NCBI RefSeq assembly: GCF_902652985.1
Contig: NC_047023.1
Span: forward strand, 39,246,001 to 39,310,000
DNA from: Pecten maximus
Taxonomy: Eukaryota
Direction of reading: 5' to 3'
Length of the DNA: 64,000 nucleotides
Made by a program: the position numbers and the translations under genes. Shown piece by piece: positions 1 to 11,670 of this stretch. Every line of letters begins with the position of its first letter. Position 1 is the first letter of the stretch. Under the pieces are notes generated by a model. It searched no databases. It was not told the DNA's origin and saw only the letters and a list, made by a program, of their open reading frames with translations.

Positions 1-2289
1 GGCGATCTATCGAGGTTTTACTGTCTGTTAAAGAGTGGTGGTCTATCGAGGCTTTACTTTCTGTTAAAGGGTGGCGATCTATCGAGACTTTACTGTGTGT
101 TAAAGAGTGGCGGTCAATCGAGGTTTTACTGTCTGTTAAAGAGTGGTGGTCTATCGAGGTTTTATTGTCTGTTTAAGGTTGACGATCTATCGAGACTTAA
201 CTGTCTGTTAAAGAGTGTCGGTCTATCGAGACTTAACTGTGTGTTATAGAGTGGCGGTCAATCGAGGTTTTACTTTCTGTTAAAATTTGGTGGTCTATCG
301 AGGATTTACTATCTGTTAAAGAATGACAGTCTATCGAGACCTAAGTGTCTGTTAAAGAGTGGCGATATATCGAGACTTTACTGTATATTAATGAGTGGTG
401 GTCTATCCAGTCTTTACTGTCTGTTAAAAAGTGGTGGTCTATTGAGGCTTTACTGTCTGTTAAAGAGTGGTGGTCTATCGAGGTTTTACTGTCTGTTTAA
501 GGGTGACGATCTATCGAGACTTAACTGTCTGTTAAATAGTGGCGGTCTATCGAGAATTATCTGTCTGTTAAAGGGTGGCGGTCTATCGAGGCTTTACTGT
601 CTGTTAAAGGGTGGCAATCTGTCGAGACTTCACTGTCTGTTAAAGGGTGGCGATCTATCGAGACTTTACTGTATATTAATGAGTGGTGATCTATCCAGTC
701 TTTACTGTCTGTTAAAGGGTGGCGATCTATCGAAACTTAACTGTCTGTTAAAGAGTGGCGATATATCGAGGTTTTACTGTCTGTTAAAGAGTGGCGGTCT
801 ATCGACGCTTAACTGTCTGTTAAAGGGTGGCGATCTATCGAGACTTTACTGTGTGTTAAAGAGTGGCGGTCAATCGAGGTTTTACTTTCTGTTAAAAGTT
901 GGTGGTCTATCGAGGTGGTACTGTGTGTTAAAGAGTGGCAGTCTATCGAGACTTAACTGTCTGTTAAACAGTGGCAGTCTATCGAAACTTAACTGTCTGT
1001 TAAAGGGTGGCGAGCTATCGAGGTTTTACTGTCTGTTAAAGAGTGGTGGTCTATCGAGGCTTTACTTTCTGTTAAAGGGTGGCGATCTATCGAGACTTTA
1101 CTGTGTGTTAAAGAGTGGCGGTCAATCGAGGTTTTACTGTCTGTTAAAGAGTGGTGGTCTATCGAGGTTTTATTGTCTGTTGAAGGTTGACGATCTATCG
1201 AGACTTAACTGTCTGTTAAAGAGTGTCGGTCTATCGAGACTTCACTGTGTGTTATAGAGTGGCGGTCAATCGAGGTTTTACTGTCTGTTAAAATTTGGTG
1301 GTCTATCGAGGATTTACTATCCGTTAAAGAATGACAGTCTATCGAGACCTAAGTGTCTGTTAAAGAGTGGCGATATATCGAGACTTTACTGTATATTAAT
1401 GAGTGGTGGTCTATCCAGTCTTTACTGTCTGTTAAAAAGTGGTGGTCTATTGAGGCTTTACTGTCTGTTAAAGAGTGGTGGTCTATCGAGGTTTTATTGT
1501 CTGTTTAAGGGTGACGATCTATCGAGACTTAACTGTCTGTTAAAAAGTGGCGGTCAATCGAGGTTTTACTGTCTGTTAAAAGTTGGTGGTCTATCGAGGT
1601 GGTACTGTGTGTTAAAGAGTGGCAGTCTATCGAGACTTAACTGTCTGTTAAACAGTGGCAGTCTATCGAAACTTAACTGTCTGTTAAAGAGTGGCGATCT
1701 ATCGAGGTTTTACTGTCTGTTAAAGAGTGGTGGTCTATCGAGGCTTTACTTTCTGTTAAAGGGTGGCGATCTATCGAGACTTTACTGTGTGTTAAAGAGT
1801 GGCGGTCAATCGAGGTTTTACTGTTTGTTAAAATTTGGTGGTCTATCGAGGATTTACTATCTGTTAAAGAGTGGTAGTCTATCGAGACCTAAGTGTCTGT
1901 TAAAGGGTGGCGATCTATCGAGACTTTACTGTATATTAATGAGTGGTGGTCTATCCAGTCTTAACTGTCTGTTAAAAAGTGGTGGTCTATTGAGGCGTTA
2001 AAGTCAATCGAGGTTTTACTGTCTGTTAAAATTTGGTGGTCTATCGAGGATTTACTGTCTGTTAAAGAGTGGCAGTCTATCGAGACCTAAGTGTCTGTTA
2101 AAGGGTGGCGATATATCGAGACTTTACTGTATATTAATGAGTGGTGATCTATCGAGTCTTTACTGTCTGTTAAAAAGTGGTGGTCTATTGAGGCTTTACT
2201 GTCTGTTAAAGAGTGTCGGTCTATCGAGGCTTTACTGTCTGTTAAAGAGTGGTGGTCTATCGAGGTTTTACTGTCTGTTAAATAGTGGC
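1..2289. repeat. 36-bp tandem satellite (TGTCTGTTAAAGAGTGGYGGTCTATCGAGGTTTTAC), about 63 copies, runs off the window start
   Basis: Direct 36-bp periodicity, giving the 12-aa pseudo-ORF unit CLLKSGGLSRFY. Variant patterns recur at +1008 bp. Confidence 0.97.
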
Positions 2290-4939
2290 CAAATAATAAC
2301 CGTGCTGGAGTCGCGGGGTGTGGACCGATACATAACAAGATAGGTTTGTAGTTCTTTTTTCCAGTCTTTGCGTTCATGTTGAGCAATCTTGAGTCGTTTA
2401 AATAGAGAACGATTCTGGCGTTCAATTTCACAATTGGCTTGAAGCCAGAGCGGGGTAGTACGTTTATGGATTATACCATATTCTTGAAGAAACTGCTTGA
2501 AATCCCCATTTATAAATTGTGGACCATTGTCGGTACGGATCGAGGCTGGAATGCCATGTGTAGCAAATGTAGTTTTCAGACTTGCAATGACCTTGTCACT
2601 TGTAGTTGACTTCATAACGGTGATATCGACCCATCTGGAGAAGAAGTCTACTAACACATGTAAATTGTCGTCACTTGGAAGAGGTCCTAAATATCTATGT
2701 CAAAATCAAGACCTGATGGTAATTCTGTCCTAGCCATGGGTTCTGGATTTGATGGTTTAGCCATTAATTGACATCCGTAACATGACTGACAATGTTTCTC
2801 AATATGTTTGTCCATTTTTGGCCACCAAACCTTTGACCTTATTCGTTGTTTCATCGCAACAATGCCTGGGTGTCCTTCGTGACCTAGGTTAAGTACACTT
2901 TCTCGAAGAGATTCAGGAATCACAATACGTGTCCCACGCAACACAAGTTTCCCTATCGCACACAGTTCTGATCGTACAGGTATGTAATCCTTGTAGGGAA
3001 TCTCGGACCACCTGCCATTAACAATGCATTCCCGTAGAGCTTCTAATTCCTGGTCATCTCCTGAGGCGCGTTCGATGTCGCGTGTTGTCATAGCAACAGG
3101 AGTCGAGTTCTCTGCAATCTGCTTGATATATGTCTCTGCATCATTTCGTTTTGGTTCCTCAGAGTCTGAGGACGCTGAAATCAATCTGGATAGACAGTCC
3201 GCGATATTTTGAGGTCCAGGAATATATTTCACCATGTATGTGTACGACTGTAAGTGTAATATCCAACGTTCTTCACGAGCACAGGGTTTTAATTTCTGTG
3301 AAAAAATGAAATGTAGTAGCTTGTGATCAGTAACAAGTTCAAATTCCTGTCCAGATAAGTACTCTCACATGCCCAAACAATCCCTAATGCCTCTTTCTCC
3401 GTCTGTGAATATTTCCGTCAATGTCAGTTAGACTTCTACTCGCATAACAGATTATACGTGAGTGATTTTCCTGCTCCTGCACTAGAACTCCATCTAATCC
3501 TACAGGTGACGCGTCAGCAATAACCTGTGTCTTGGCTTTAGGGTGGAAAAATCCTAAAACACATGCATTTGACGACAACTCCTTAAGTTTCTGAAATGAC
3601 TGTTCCTGAGCCGGACCCCAATTAAATGGTGTTTCTTTCCGAGTCAACTGTCTGATACGGTTGCCAGATTGGGTAAAAACCTTGAGCTAAAATTGACCAA
3701 ACCCAGAAAACTTCTGACCTCCCCAGCATTTGATGGTTGCCTTGCGTTCACAACTGCTTTGACTTTATCTTTATTTAAACCAATTCTATGCCCAGACAGC
3801 ACATGTCCCATAAATGTGATCTGTGGCATATTAAACTGTTATTTATCCAAGTTTAATGTCAATCCCTTTTCACGAAGTGTTTGTAGGGGTTTATCCAAGT
3901 TCTTGTTGTGTTCGCTCTGTGACGCTCCATGTACAACAATGTCGTCAAATATACTATTGACACCTGGACAATTTCTCAGAACCTGTTGTATGATTTTATT
4001 ATACAACTCTGCGGCACAACTAATGCCAAACATAAGTCTTTTAAACCGATACATGCCTTGGTGAGTTTGGAATGTTGTAATGCTGCGTGATTCTGGTGTT
4101 AACTCAATCTGGGGGTACGCCCAGCGAATATCAAGTTTGGAGAATACCTTACTTTGATTCAGGTCCTGTAGTTAGTTCATCAATTGTTGGTATTGGGTAC
4201 CGTTCCTGAATAACAGCTTCATTAGCCCTACGCATATCCATACAAAGTCTTATCTCTCCATTTGACTGAGGATAATAACAACTGGACTTACCCATGCACT
4301 GGGTTCCTCAACTTCCCAATAATGTCTAGTGACTCAAGCTCCTGTATCTTGGCCTCTAGTTTATCCCTCAAATGATATGGAATACGCCTTAATGGTTGAA
4401 CAACGGGCTGTACTGTCTCGTCCATTACAATATTCATTTGATAATCCTTCAGCTTCCCAATCCCTGTGAAACACTATATTTCTTCAGAAGCTCAGCCCTG
4501 CTAATATTTTGTTCAACAGTACAAATGTTCTCATTACCTACTCTAAGAACTCCAAAATCTGTAGCAGTAGTCTTCCCAATCAGTGGTTGACCCATTCCTT
4601 CCAGGACATAAAACATTACTCTGGGTACAACCTGGTCTTCAAACATGACGTCTGCCTCAAAGCAAACTTTTTCAGCTTTTCGCAGAGTCCTCGGTCTATC
4701 CTGTTAACCCTTGCACCAGAATCAACAGTACAAGAAATGGGTACTCCTCCACCTGTTACCCGAACTTGTTCTCCTATCGGATCCCTTGATACACTTAACA
4801 CAAAGTTGTCATTGAACTCCTCAGAATCCTGCTCTTGTACAAGTTTCTCTGTACGTCCTTTAGGCATGTTATTACCATAGTTCATTACCTTAGTCTTACA
4901 ACACTTTTGGAAATGTCCCATTTTCTGACATTTATGCAT
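2268..4939 (-). pseudogene. Gypsy pol pseudogene (PR-RT-RH-IN), frameshifted and truncated inside the integrase after YRSTP
   Basis: ORF fragments 4616-4939, 3839-4054, 3644-3829, 3384-3647, 2687-3235 and 2268-2657 carry consecutive Gypsy pol motifs. Confidence 0.92.
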
Positions 4940-5149
4940 TTATTCCGGGTTGGACATTCCTTATCTTTTGAATAATGTCCTTGTCTCCCAACCGGAAGCA
5001 TACTTGAGACTTGTTGCCATGGTTACTGGAAGTAACATGTTCATTTGACCCATATGTACGGTTACCCGATTTGTGTCCCTTTCTGACTGCGTGTACAGTT
5101 TCGTCTTGCATGACTCCAGCTTGTCTCTCGGCCGCTTCATATTATCTTC

Positions 5150-7237
5150 ATTTTTTCATTTCAACAAATTTTATTGACAGATGGAAAAGTCAGTTGGATT
5201 GAATAACAGGCTAAAGCCTATATAAATTCTCTCCATAGGTCGAACAAGTTTAACAAATCAATATTCATTATATGATAATTATGATATGTGATATGAAATT
5301 TTATAAACATATACACAAATGATAACAATAACTATATAAGGGGAGGTAACTCATTTGAATGAAATTATAACAAGCTTAAGATAACACAAGAATTTAGAAC
5401 ACATACAACACATCCACTCACACAAAGTACAATAGCTACAAACATAGTCAATGTTTAGTATATACATGTAGTTGAAATTAATTAGTAAGAAGTATAACTA
5501 ACCGTGCACATACAAATTATCTAATTTAACTACAGTTGAGTGGCTAGACCAAAAGTCCATGTGCAATTACTGCACAGGTCATCACCACCCAAACTGTTTG
5601 ATGCTTAATATAATAAGGATATGGTCTATAATTGTAATGCATGCACATGATTTTAACAAATTAATTACAATATAAATAACAAACAAGATCATTGAAGGTA
5701 AATTTATTAATACTAAACTAATTTATTTCGCATGTTCAACTGGCCTCAGATATCATGGATTAAAAGCTTCAAATAAAATAGATGTCATAATAATCATAAT
5801 AAACAAATTTATTTATTAATTAATTAGCATGGTCATTGTGAAGTGACTCACTATAAGATGAAGTTTTTGAATCTTTTAGACTTCCCTATAAAATAATGAA
5901 TGTTATTTAGAATTTGCCTATTTATGAAAATATTACAGATAGGACATCCATATAGGAAAATGTCAATACTAATATGGTTATGATCATGTGTATAATTATT
6001 AAGAACTTGAAAAAGGTTATTACGTAGATCATTGTAAAAGCGACATTCAAGGAAAAAGTGAGAAACTGTCTCAAGTGCGTCTGAGCAGTTACAAGCAGGA
6101 CTGTCTGTGAGGTGGTCATGATGTAAATCAAATTTTAAATCACTGCAATAATTTCTAAGCTGACAAAGAATAATATTGGCCCTTCTTTCCCCTTCAGATT
6201 TAAAAATTTTGAGAGAGTCTATATCAGACACTTTATCTTTATCTAGTTTATGTTTAAAGTTTACAAGTGTAGGAGAATCAAAAAAGGTTAGCATTAGAAT
6301 TAATTGTGCGACACATAAGAGGAAAGAAACTGTCATAATAGTTATTAGTTCTGCATAATGGCGGGTTAAATTGTCTTGTGTGACGGAGAGGATAGTGATT
6401 TTGATTGGGAATGTTAGTAAAAGAAGTGAGTACATGTTGTAAATAAGTTGGTGCGTGTCCATGCATTAGTTTGTACATCATGATGTATTTGTGTTTTTCT
6501 CGTCTGGCTGCCAGAGATTCCCAACCAAGTTCGGTATACAGTTTATGATGTGAGGTTCCTGATCTGAGTCCTGTGATAATTCTTGCTGCTTCTAACTGTA
6601 TGGATTCCAAAAGTTCAGATAATTGTTGGGTGCAATTATCCCAGACAATGTCTGCATATTCCAAAATTGGTCTTATAAATGCTGTATAGATTGTAACTAA
6701 TGTTTTTCTGTTGACTTTAGTTTTGATGTAGCGAAGAATGTTAAGTCTGCTATAAGCTTTTTCATAAATTATCTGAATATGTTGATTCCATGAGGCATCA
6801 TCTTTGAAAGTTAGTCCTAAATGTGTGTGTGATCTAGTGTCTGTAATTTGACTGTTTTGAAACGTTATTATGGGGTGGTTTGTGTTTTGTTTCCTGGAAA
6901 AGATTATAGATTTTGTTTTATTTGGGTTGAATTTTATGTCCCATGTGTTTGCCCACTCACTCATAGTATTTAGGTCAGTTGTTAATGATTGGGCTGCTTG
7001 TACCGGATCATTATCAATAATAACATATAGGGATGTGTCATCTGCAAAAAGTTTAATATTAGTAGATATATTTTCTGTGACATCATTAATGTAAAGAAGA
7101 AAAAGAAGTGGGCCAAGAACAGACCCTTGGGGTACCCCTGCATTAACAAATTTAAATTGAGAATGGTATCCCTCAGTACAGACTCTTTGCATTCTGTCAG
7201 AGAGATAATTCTGGAACCAAGCAAATTATAATTTAAA
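5150..7237 (-). mobile_element. 5'-truncated non-LTR retrotransposon (CR1/L2 group) nested in Gypsy gag, with a 13-bp TSD
   Basis: RT motifs GVPQGSVLGP and LFADDTSLY, C-terminal CNC..ETVSHFFLEC, about 700 bp of 3' UTR ending in AATAAA plus a short A-rich tail. TSD TCATATTATCTTC at 5137-5149 and 7238-7250. Confidence 0.93.
5851..7237 (-). pseudogene. LINE ORF2 3' half (RT plus C-terminal Cys/His motif), frameshift near 6300
   Basis: ORFs 6278-7192 and 5851-6462 are consecutive frames of the same ORF2. Confidence 0.88.
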
Positions 7238-7242
7238 TCATA

Positions 7243-7762
7243 TTATCTTCTCGTTTCCTGTATTTTTGTTAGAGTCAATGTTCCTCCTTTTTCTAGAAAT
7301 TTCATTCGTAGTTGTATCGATGTACACTTATCTATTACTTGGTCTCGAATTTGATCATCTTTACTATCCCCAAATTCACATGTCATGGCTTTGTCTCGCA
7401 ATCGAGTGATAAATTGTTCGACAGACTCACCGGAATCTTGCTTAAGTTGCTTAAACTGGTGTCTTTCGAACGAGATGTTTCTTTGGGGTGCGAAGTAATC
7501 ATTAAGTTTCCGTACCACCAGGGTGTAATCCTTCGCCTCTCCAGTGTCAGCTAGGGTGTCAAAAAATTTCTTGCACCCTCATCCCGGCACAATGGAGTAA
7601 TAACGCCCTTTTCTGTGTAGGATCCGTTTTCCCTTTCCCCACAACAAACAGTTCAAATGTCCTTTTCCTTTTCCCCCTTCTCTGAGAAATGGCTGATGAA
7701 TCGCCGTGGCAATCAAGATTAGGAACACCTCCAATTTCCATGTAAGTCGCCATTTTAACCAA
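7243..7762 (-). pseudogene. Gypsy gag N-terminal part
   Basis: KRALLLHCAG...YFAPQRNISFERHQF..QDSGESVEQFITRLR..CEFG..IRDQVI is typical Gypsy gag. One frameshift near 7560. Confidence 0.88.
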
Positions 7763-7787
7763 TTAAATGTACACTGTATACAGTTTG

Positions 7788-7800
7788 ATCCTCGTCGCCA
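7788..7800 (-). promoter_or_regulatory. Primer-binding site TGGCGACGAGGAT, complementary to the 3' end of tRNA-Ser(GCT)
   Basis: The plus strand reads ATCCTCGTCGCCA, 2 nt from the LTR edge, matching the metazoan tRNA-Ser(GCT) 3' end plus CCA as recalled. Confidence 0.85.
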
Positions 7801-7802
7801 AT

Positions 7803-8003
7803 TGTAGCATCTATCGTGCTTCATGTACTTGGATGGTCCATATCTCCGGATTTAACCTGGATGATTCACGTGTCACATGTAAAACTCATGGGAATCCATT
7901 TTACATCGGAGAGTTCCAATATTAGAGAAGACATAGTCATACGAGTTATGTCCCGTTACTTAACTTCATACTTTACAAATACATTTATATATGGGATACC
8001 ACA
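7803..8003 (-). repeat. 5' LTR of Gypsy element 1 (201 bp, TGTGG...CTACA)
   Basis: TG..CA termini, bounded by the PBS on one side and resumption of the satellite (CTATCGAGG at 8004) on the other. Confidence 0.85.
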
Positions 8004-8091
8004 CTATCGAGGTTTTACTGTCTGTTGAAGAGTGGCAGACTATCGAGGTTTTACTGTCTGTTAAAGAGGTGTGGTCTATCCAGGCTTTACT
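8004..8091. repeat. Remainder of the 36-bp satellite (about 2.5 units)
   Basis: Same unit as 1-2289. Confidence 0.92.
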
Positions 8092-8189
8092 AAGGGGATA
8101 GTACGTTGTTTTGAGTGGCTATACAGGCGATTAGAACGTGAAATTTGGTTTAAACTCTTGACCTATAGGTAGATCTGATATGGGTAAAT

Positions 8190-9794
8190 TGTATCTTTTA
8201 AATGGGTTTTTCTTCTGTTAGCTAGTGTTTTCGCTATTATCTTGTAATCAACGTTTCGTAAAGTCAACGGTCTCCAATTTTGAATTATTTCACGTTCCCA
8301 CATTTTGTATAGTAAGGTAAACATACCTAGTTTGAGATTCCGATAGTTTATTTGATGTAAATATTTCTTTTAAAACCGCTTAAAAAATCCTTCTTTTATT
8401 AAGTACCAGTATTGTTGATAAAATTCAGAAGCAATACCGTATTCACCTCGAGATGTCTTCTTCTTCATTTGACCGATACTATTTTGTATTTCTTTTTCAG
8501 TTATATCTCTCTCCAGCTCATCTTTCTGAGCATCTGTCAATTTAGCATTAACGTTTTCTACTAGCGAATTCGCAGCATCTCTGTCCCAACCCGTGGATGT
8601 AAAAGGTTTTAATAAAACTTTGTTTGTTTATCTAAAATTGCCGTTATACCATCTTTATAATTACCATCTCCTGCCTTTATTCTGTGCCATAACTTTTCTT
8701 TTGCCTTAGTTTTCTCTAAGTTGCAAAATATATCGTTTCATTGTCCACAAAATTTATGCTTCTAGACCTAATTCTATGTCATTCTATCCTTTGTTTGAAG
8801 TAAGACTTTATTTCATTAATTAAAGAATCAATTTGTTCCTGGTGATTATCTAATTTCATATTTTTTTCTAGTTCATGTCGTTTTCTTTTTGGTTCACTTT
8901 CTTTCCTATTCAGTGTTTTTGACACATATCAAGTTTTCTTATCATAACCTTTATTTCCCACCATTCAGTGATGTTCCTAATTTTACTTTTTCTGTTTTCC
9001 AATATACCCATAAAGTTTCAAAGATTCTATCACTGATGTATTCATATTCCATGTTCCAGGATCAACTTTCGCCTGGTCGACTTTTAATTCAGAAGTTATC
9101 AGATTATGATCACAGTATATGCACGGAATTATCTTGGAGTTAACCATACCATTGAACAAATTGTCAGATACTAAAATGTAATCGATTCTAGTTCTGGAGT
9201 TTCCTCTTCTTAATGTGAACTATTTATTTTCGGGGTGTCGCTCCCGCCACAAATCTCTGAGCTCACATTTTTTCCGTCAGATTTTTAAATTGTTGTCACG
9301 TTGGATCATTTGTATTTGTTACTGGGATTCTATCATAAATATTATTTAGCGTGCAATTAAAGTCTCCCATAACAATATAATTTGCTACTATTGTTTCGCC
9401 TAATTTGTTAAAAACATTTTTCTTTCTGTACAAGTATTTGGTGAGTATATATTCATCTAATTAGATACTAGGGTATCATCTTTTTTAATGCAACATTCTA
9501 ATAATCTTCCTTCTACGTCTCTACTTGATTCAGAAACAGTAATATTCGATTTTAATTGAGTTAATATTGCTACTCCTCTAGATGAAGAAGTACCGTTATT
9601 CCATACACTATCCTTTCCTCCCATATCCTTCCATTCTTTATCCCAAACACACTCATCTGTATCTGTCCAATGCGTTTCTTGTATTGTTATTATATTAAAT
9701 TTCTTTTTAGATAACCATGAAAATAACTCGTGTCGTTTTGTTTTTTTTCTTTTAAACCATTAATATGAATGGATGCAATACATAAAGATGACAT
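8190..9794 (-). pseudogene. Degraded L1/Tx1-clade LINE ORF2 (AP endonuclease through the start of RT), 3'-truncated
   Basis: Hand translation: MSSLCIASIHINGL..IQETHW, WNNGTSSSRGVAIL, MGDFNC, DLWRERHP..RIDYILVS, NWRPLTLRNVDYKIIAKTLANR. Many stops and frameshifts, so it is absent from the ORF track. Confidence 0.88.
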
Positions 9795-10554
9795 GATTGC
9801 CGTAAATGAATAAAAACAGTAATTAGGGACATTATCAAACATCCTGAATGACAATTGTTTTGCTCATTTTATTGGCCTGTCGTTCTGCCTTCTGTGGCGT
9901 TGCTGACCTATCACTGTTCGTCATTTTGCGTGTGCTCACAGGTGTAGCTAATCCATCTAAAGGGTGCAACGTTGATATTATCTTGATTGATCAAGTGTGT
10001 AATAAAAGTTAATTCGAGGTGGAATGTAGATGAGTCGTGTAGCACTATACGGCCTACCATAATCTCTGAAGTTTGTCCTAAAGTCATACATGGTCAGTTG
10101 ATAGTATCTTGCTTGTAACCAGCATATCCATTGGCTTAAAACGTCATATCATCGGCACATATCGTATAAAAATGTCTTTTGTAACCTTGCTTTTGGTTAA
10201 GTGATATATACAGCTCAATATGATTTCTAGGAGAAAGGAGTCCATCAATAAAAGTGGGGTTTAACATGGCTTGTTTAGAGTAGATTAAATTATAACGTAT
10301 GTTATCGGTACATAACCAATCTTCATAATGGTCACAGAAAAGGAGATAAAACAATGTAGCAGTATATTGTTATTTTTTTAATTTTAAAATTCATGTCACT
10401 TACAATTAAACACATTGTTTGTAGGGAATACATGTGGTGTGATCCAAAATTCGCGTGTAGGTCGTCTTGGAATCTGTTAATTGAAAAAAAACACCATTAT
10501 ATACATAGTTCAACTTGATTAAATCATTGTGTAATGTTTAAATATATAAGCACG

Positions 10555-10692
10555 AAGAACTCAAAATGCCATTTGCAGTTGATTATCGCTAGCGTTTTCA
10601 AGTAGTGACATTAAGGTTTTCACCTGCAGATAGTCGATACACTACTTGAAAACGTTAGCAATAATCAACTGCAATTGCCATTTTGAGTTCTT
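10555..10692. mobile_element. Fold-back/MITE-like inverted repeat (about 53-bp arms, about 32-bp spacer)
   Basis: AAGAACTCAAAATG...CAAGTAGTG pairs with CACTACTTG...CATTTTGAGTTCTT. Confidence 0.75.
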
Positions 10693-11062
10693 TATCTTTA
10701 CATATATTTTATATTAGAAAATAATTCTAAATCGGTAAGCACTGTCAAAGATAATAATATACATATAAGTATATTTGTATCTGCGTCGTGGTTGAAAATG
10801 TACAGTGCAGAGATGCCGACATTCCAGCTACATAATAAAATGTAGATTCAAGCTCTGCCTACTTATTCGCCCATCTATCATTGTCTTTGAACAGTGAAGT
10901 TATGAATTATTATTGTCATTTTGCATATATCTAGATATTAATATACCCGAAAATATTAGATCTAGTACGAGTGTTAATTTAACAATTTGACCACACACAG
11001 TGTTTAAAAGATGATGTGGTAGTTGTTGTCTTATTGTAGACTTCGACTAGTACTTAAACATA

Positions 11063-11101
11063 AATGAATGAATGAATGAATGAATGAATGAATGAATGAA
11101 T
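11063..11101. repeat. (GAAT)n microsatellite
   Basis: About 9 perfect units. Confidence 0.95.
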
Positions 11102-11129
11102 ATATAAATAAACAATTAATCAAATTCCA

Positions 11130-11362
11130 AACATCTGTTATGTTTTGTTACATAATTATCATACAATTTTGGTATAATGTGCTTTGTTTTTATCGATATG
11201 ATAATTTATAGAAGATGATTTATCTAAATAACAAATATCGCCTGAGTCGAAGGCCGAGATTAATATTGGCTACCTTAGCTCTATAAATGATCATATCGAT
11301 AGAATCAAAGCGCCATAACAGTTTTATTACATTTCGGTAACAAAATCATAACACAGAATGTT
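11130..11362. mobile_element. Degenerate long palindrome with GC-rich centre (fold-back element)
   Basis: GCTTTGTTTTTATCGATATGAT pairs with ATCATATCGATAGAATCAAAGC, and the outer arms also pair. Centre is CCTGAGTCGAAGGCCGAG. Confidence 0.65.
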
Positions 11363-11670
11363 AAAGGTATGATTCGAAGCCATTTTAAACTCTTTCTCCA
11401 CAATATTCGCCAGATTTCCTATGTTAGGCTGGATGATTGTAAACAATTCAAATATAATTAGGTTTATATTATCACAGCACTTAACCTCGATGTACTAAAT
11501 CACATCCCATAGTAAAAATCACTACAATCGTTGAGAGATATTAAAATATTGCAATGCCAAATAATGTGTTTCGTTCCCAAACTAACCACAAGTTCATAAT
11601 AAACTAGTAAAAATGTAAATATAATTACCCTGGAACTGGGCGAGGTAGAAGACATGCTGCTCACCATCAT

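Larger units (their letters stand above)
2290..8003 (-). mobile_element. Degenerate Ty3/Gypsy LTR retrotransposon inserted in the 36-bp satellite; 3' end and 3' LTR lost; gag interrupted by a LINE
   Basis: Minus-strand order: LTR, PBS, gag (7762-7243, then two zinc knuckles at about 5000-4900), protease VDSGA (about 4720), RT FDDIVVHG, RNase H ADASPVG, integrase HEGHPG/CYGC and TDNGPQF/EIER. Many frameshifts and stops. Confidence 0.93.

Noticed and set aside
391-2001. ORFs with LRR-like LSRLYCLLKSGG repeats (also 26974-27950)
   Set aside because: Translation of a 36-bp satellite. Stops occur in some units, the second array has frame-breaking 35-bp units, a retrotransposon is inserted in the array, and there are no splice signals or unique termini.
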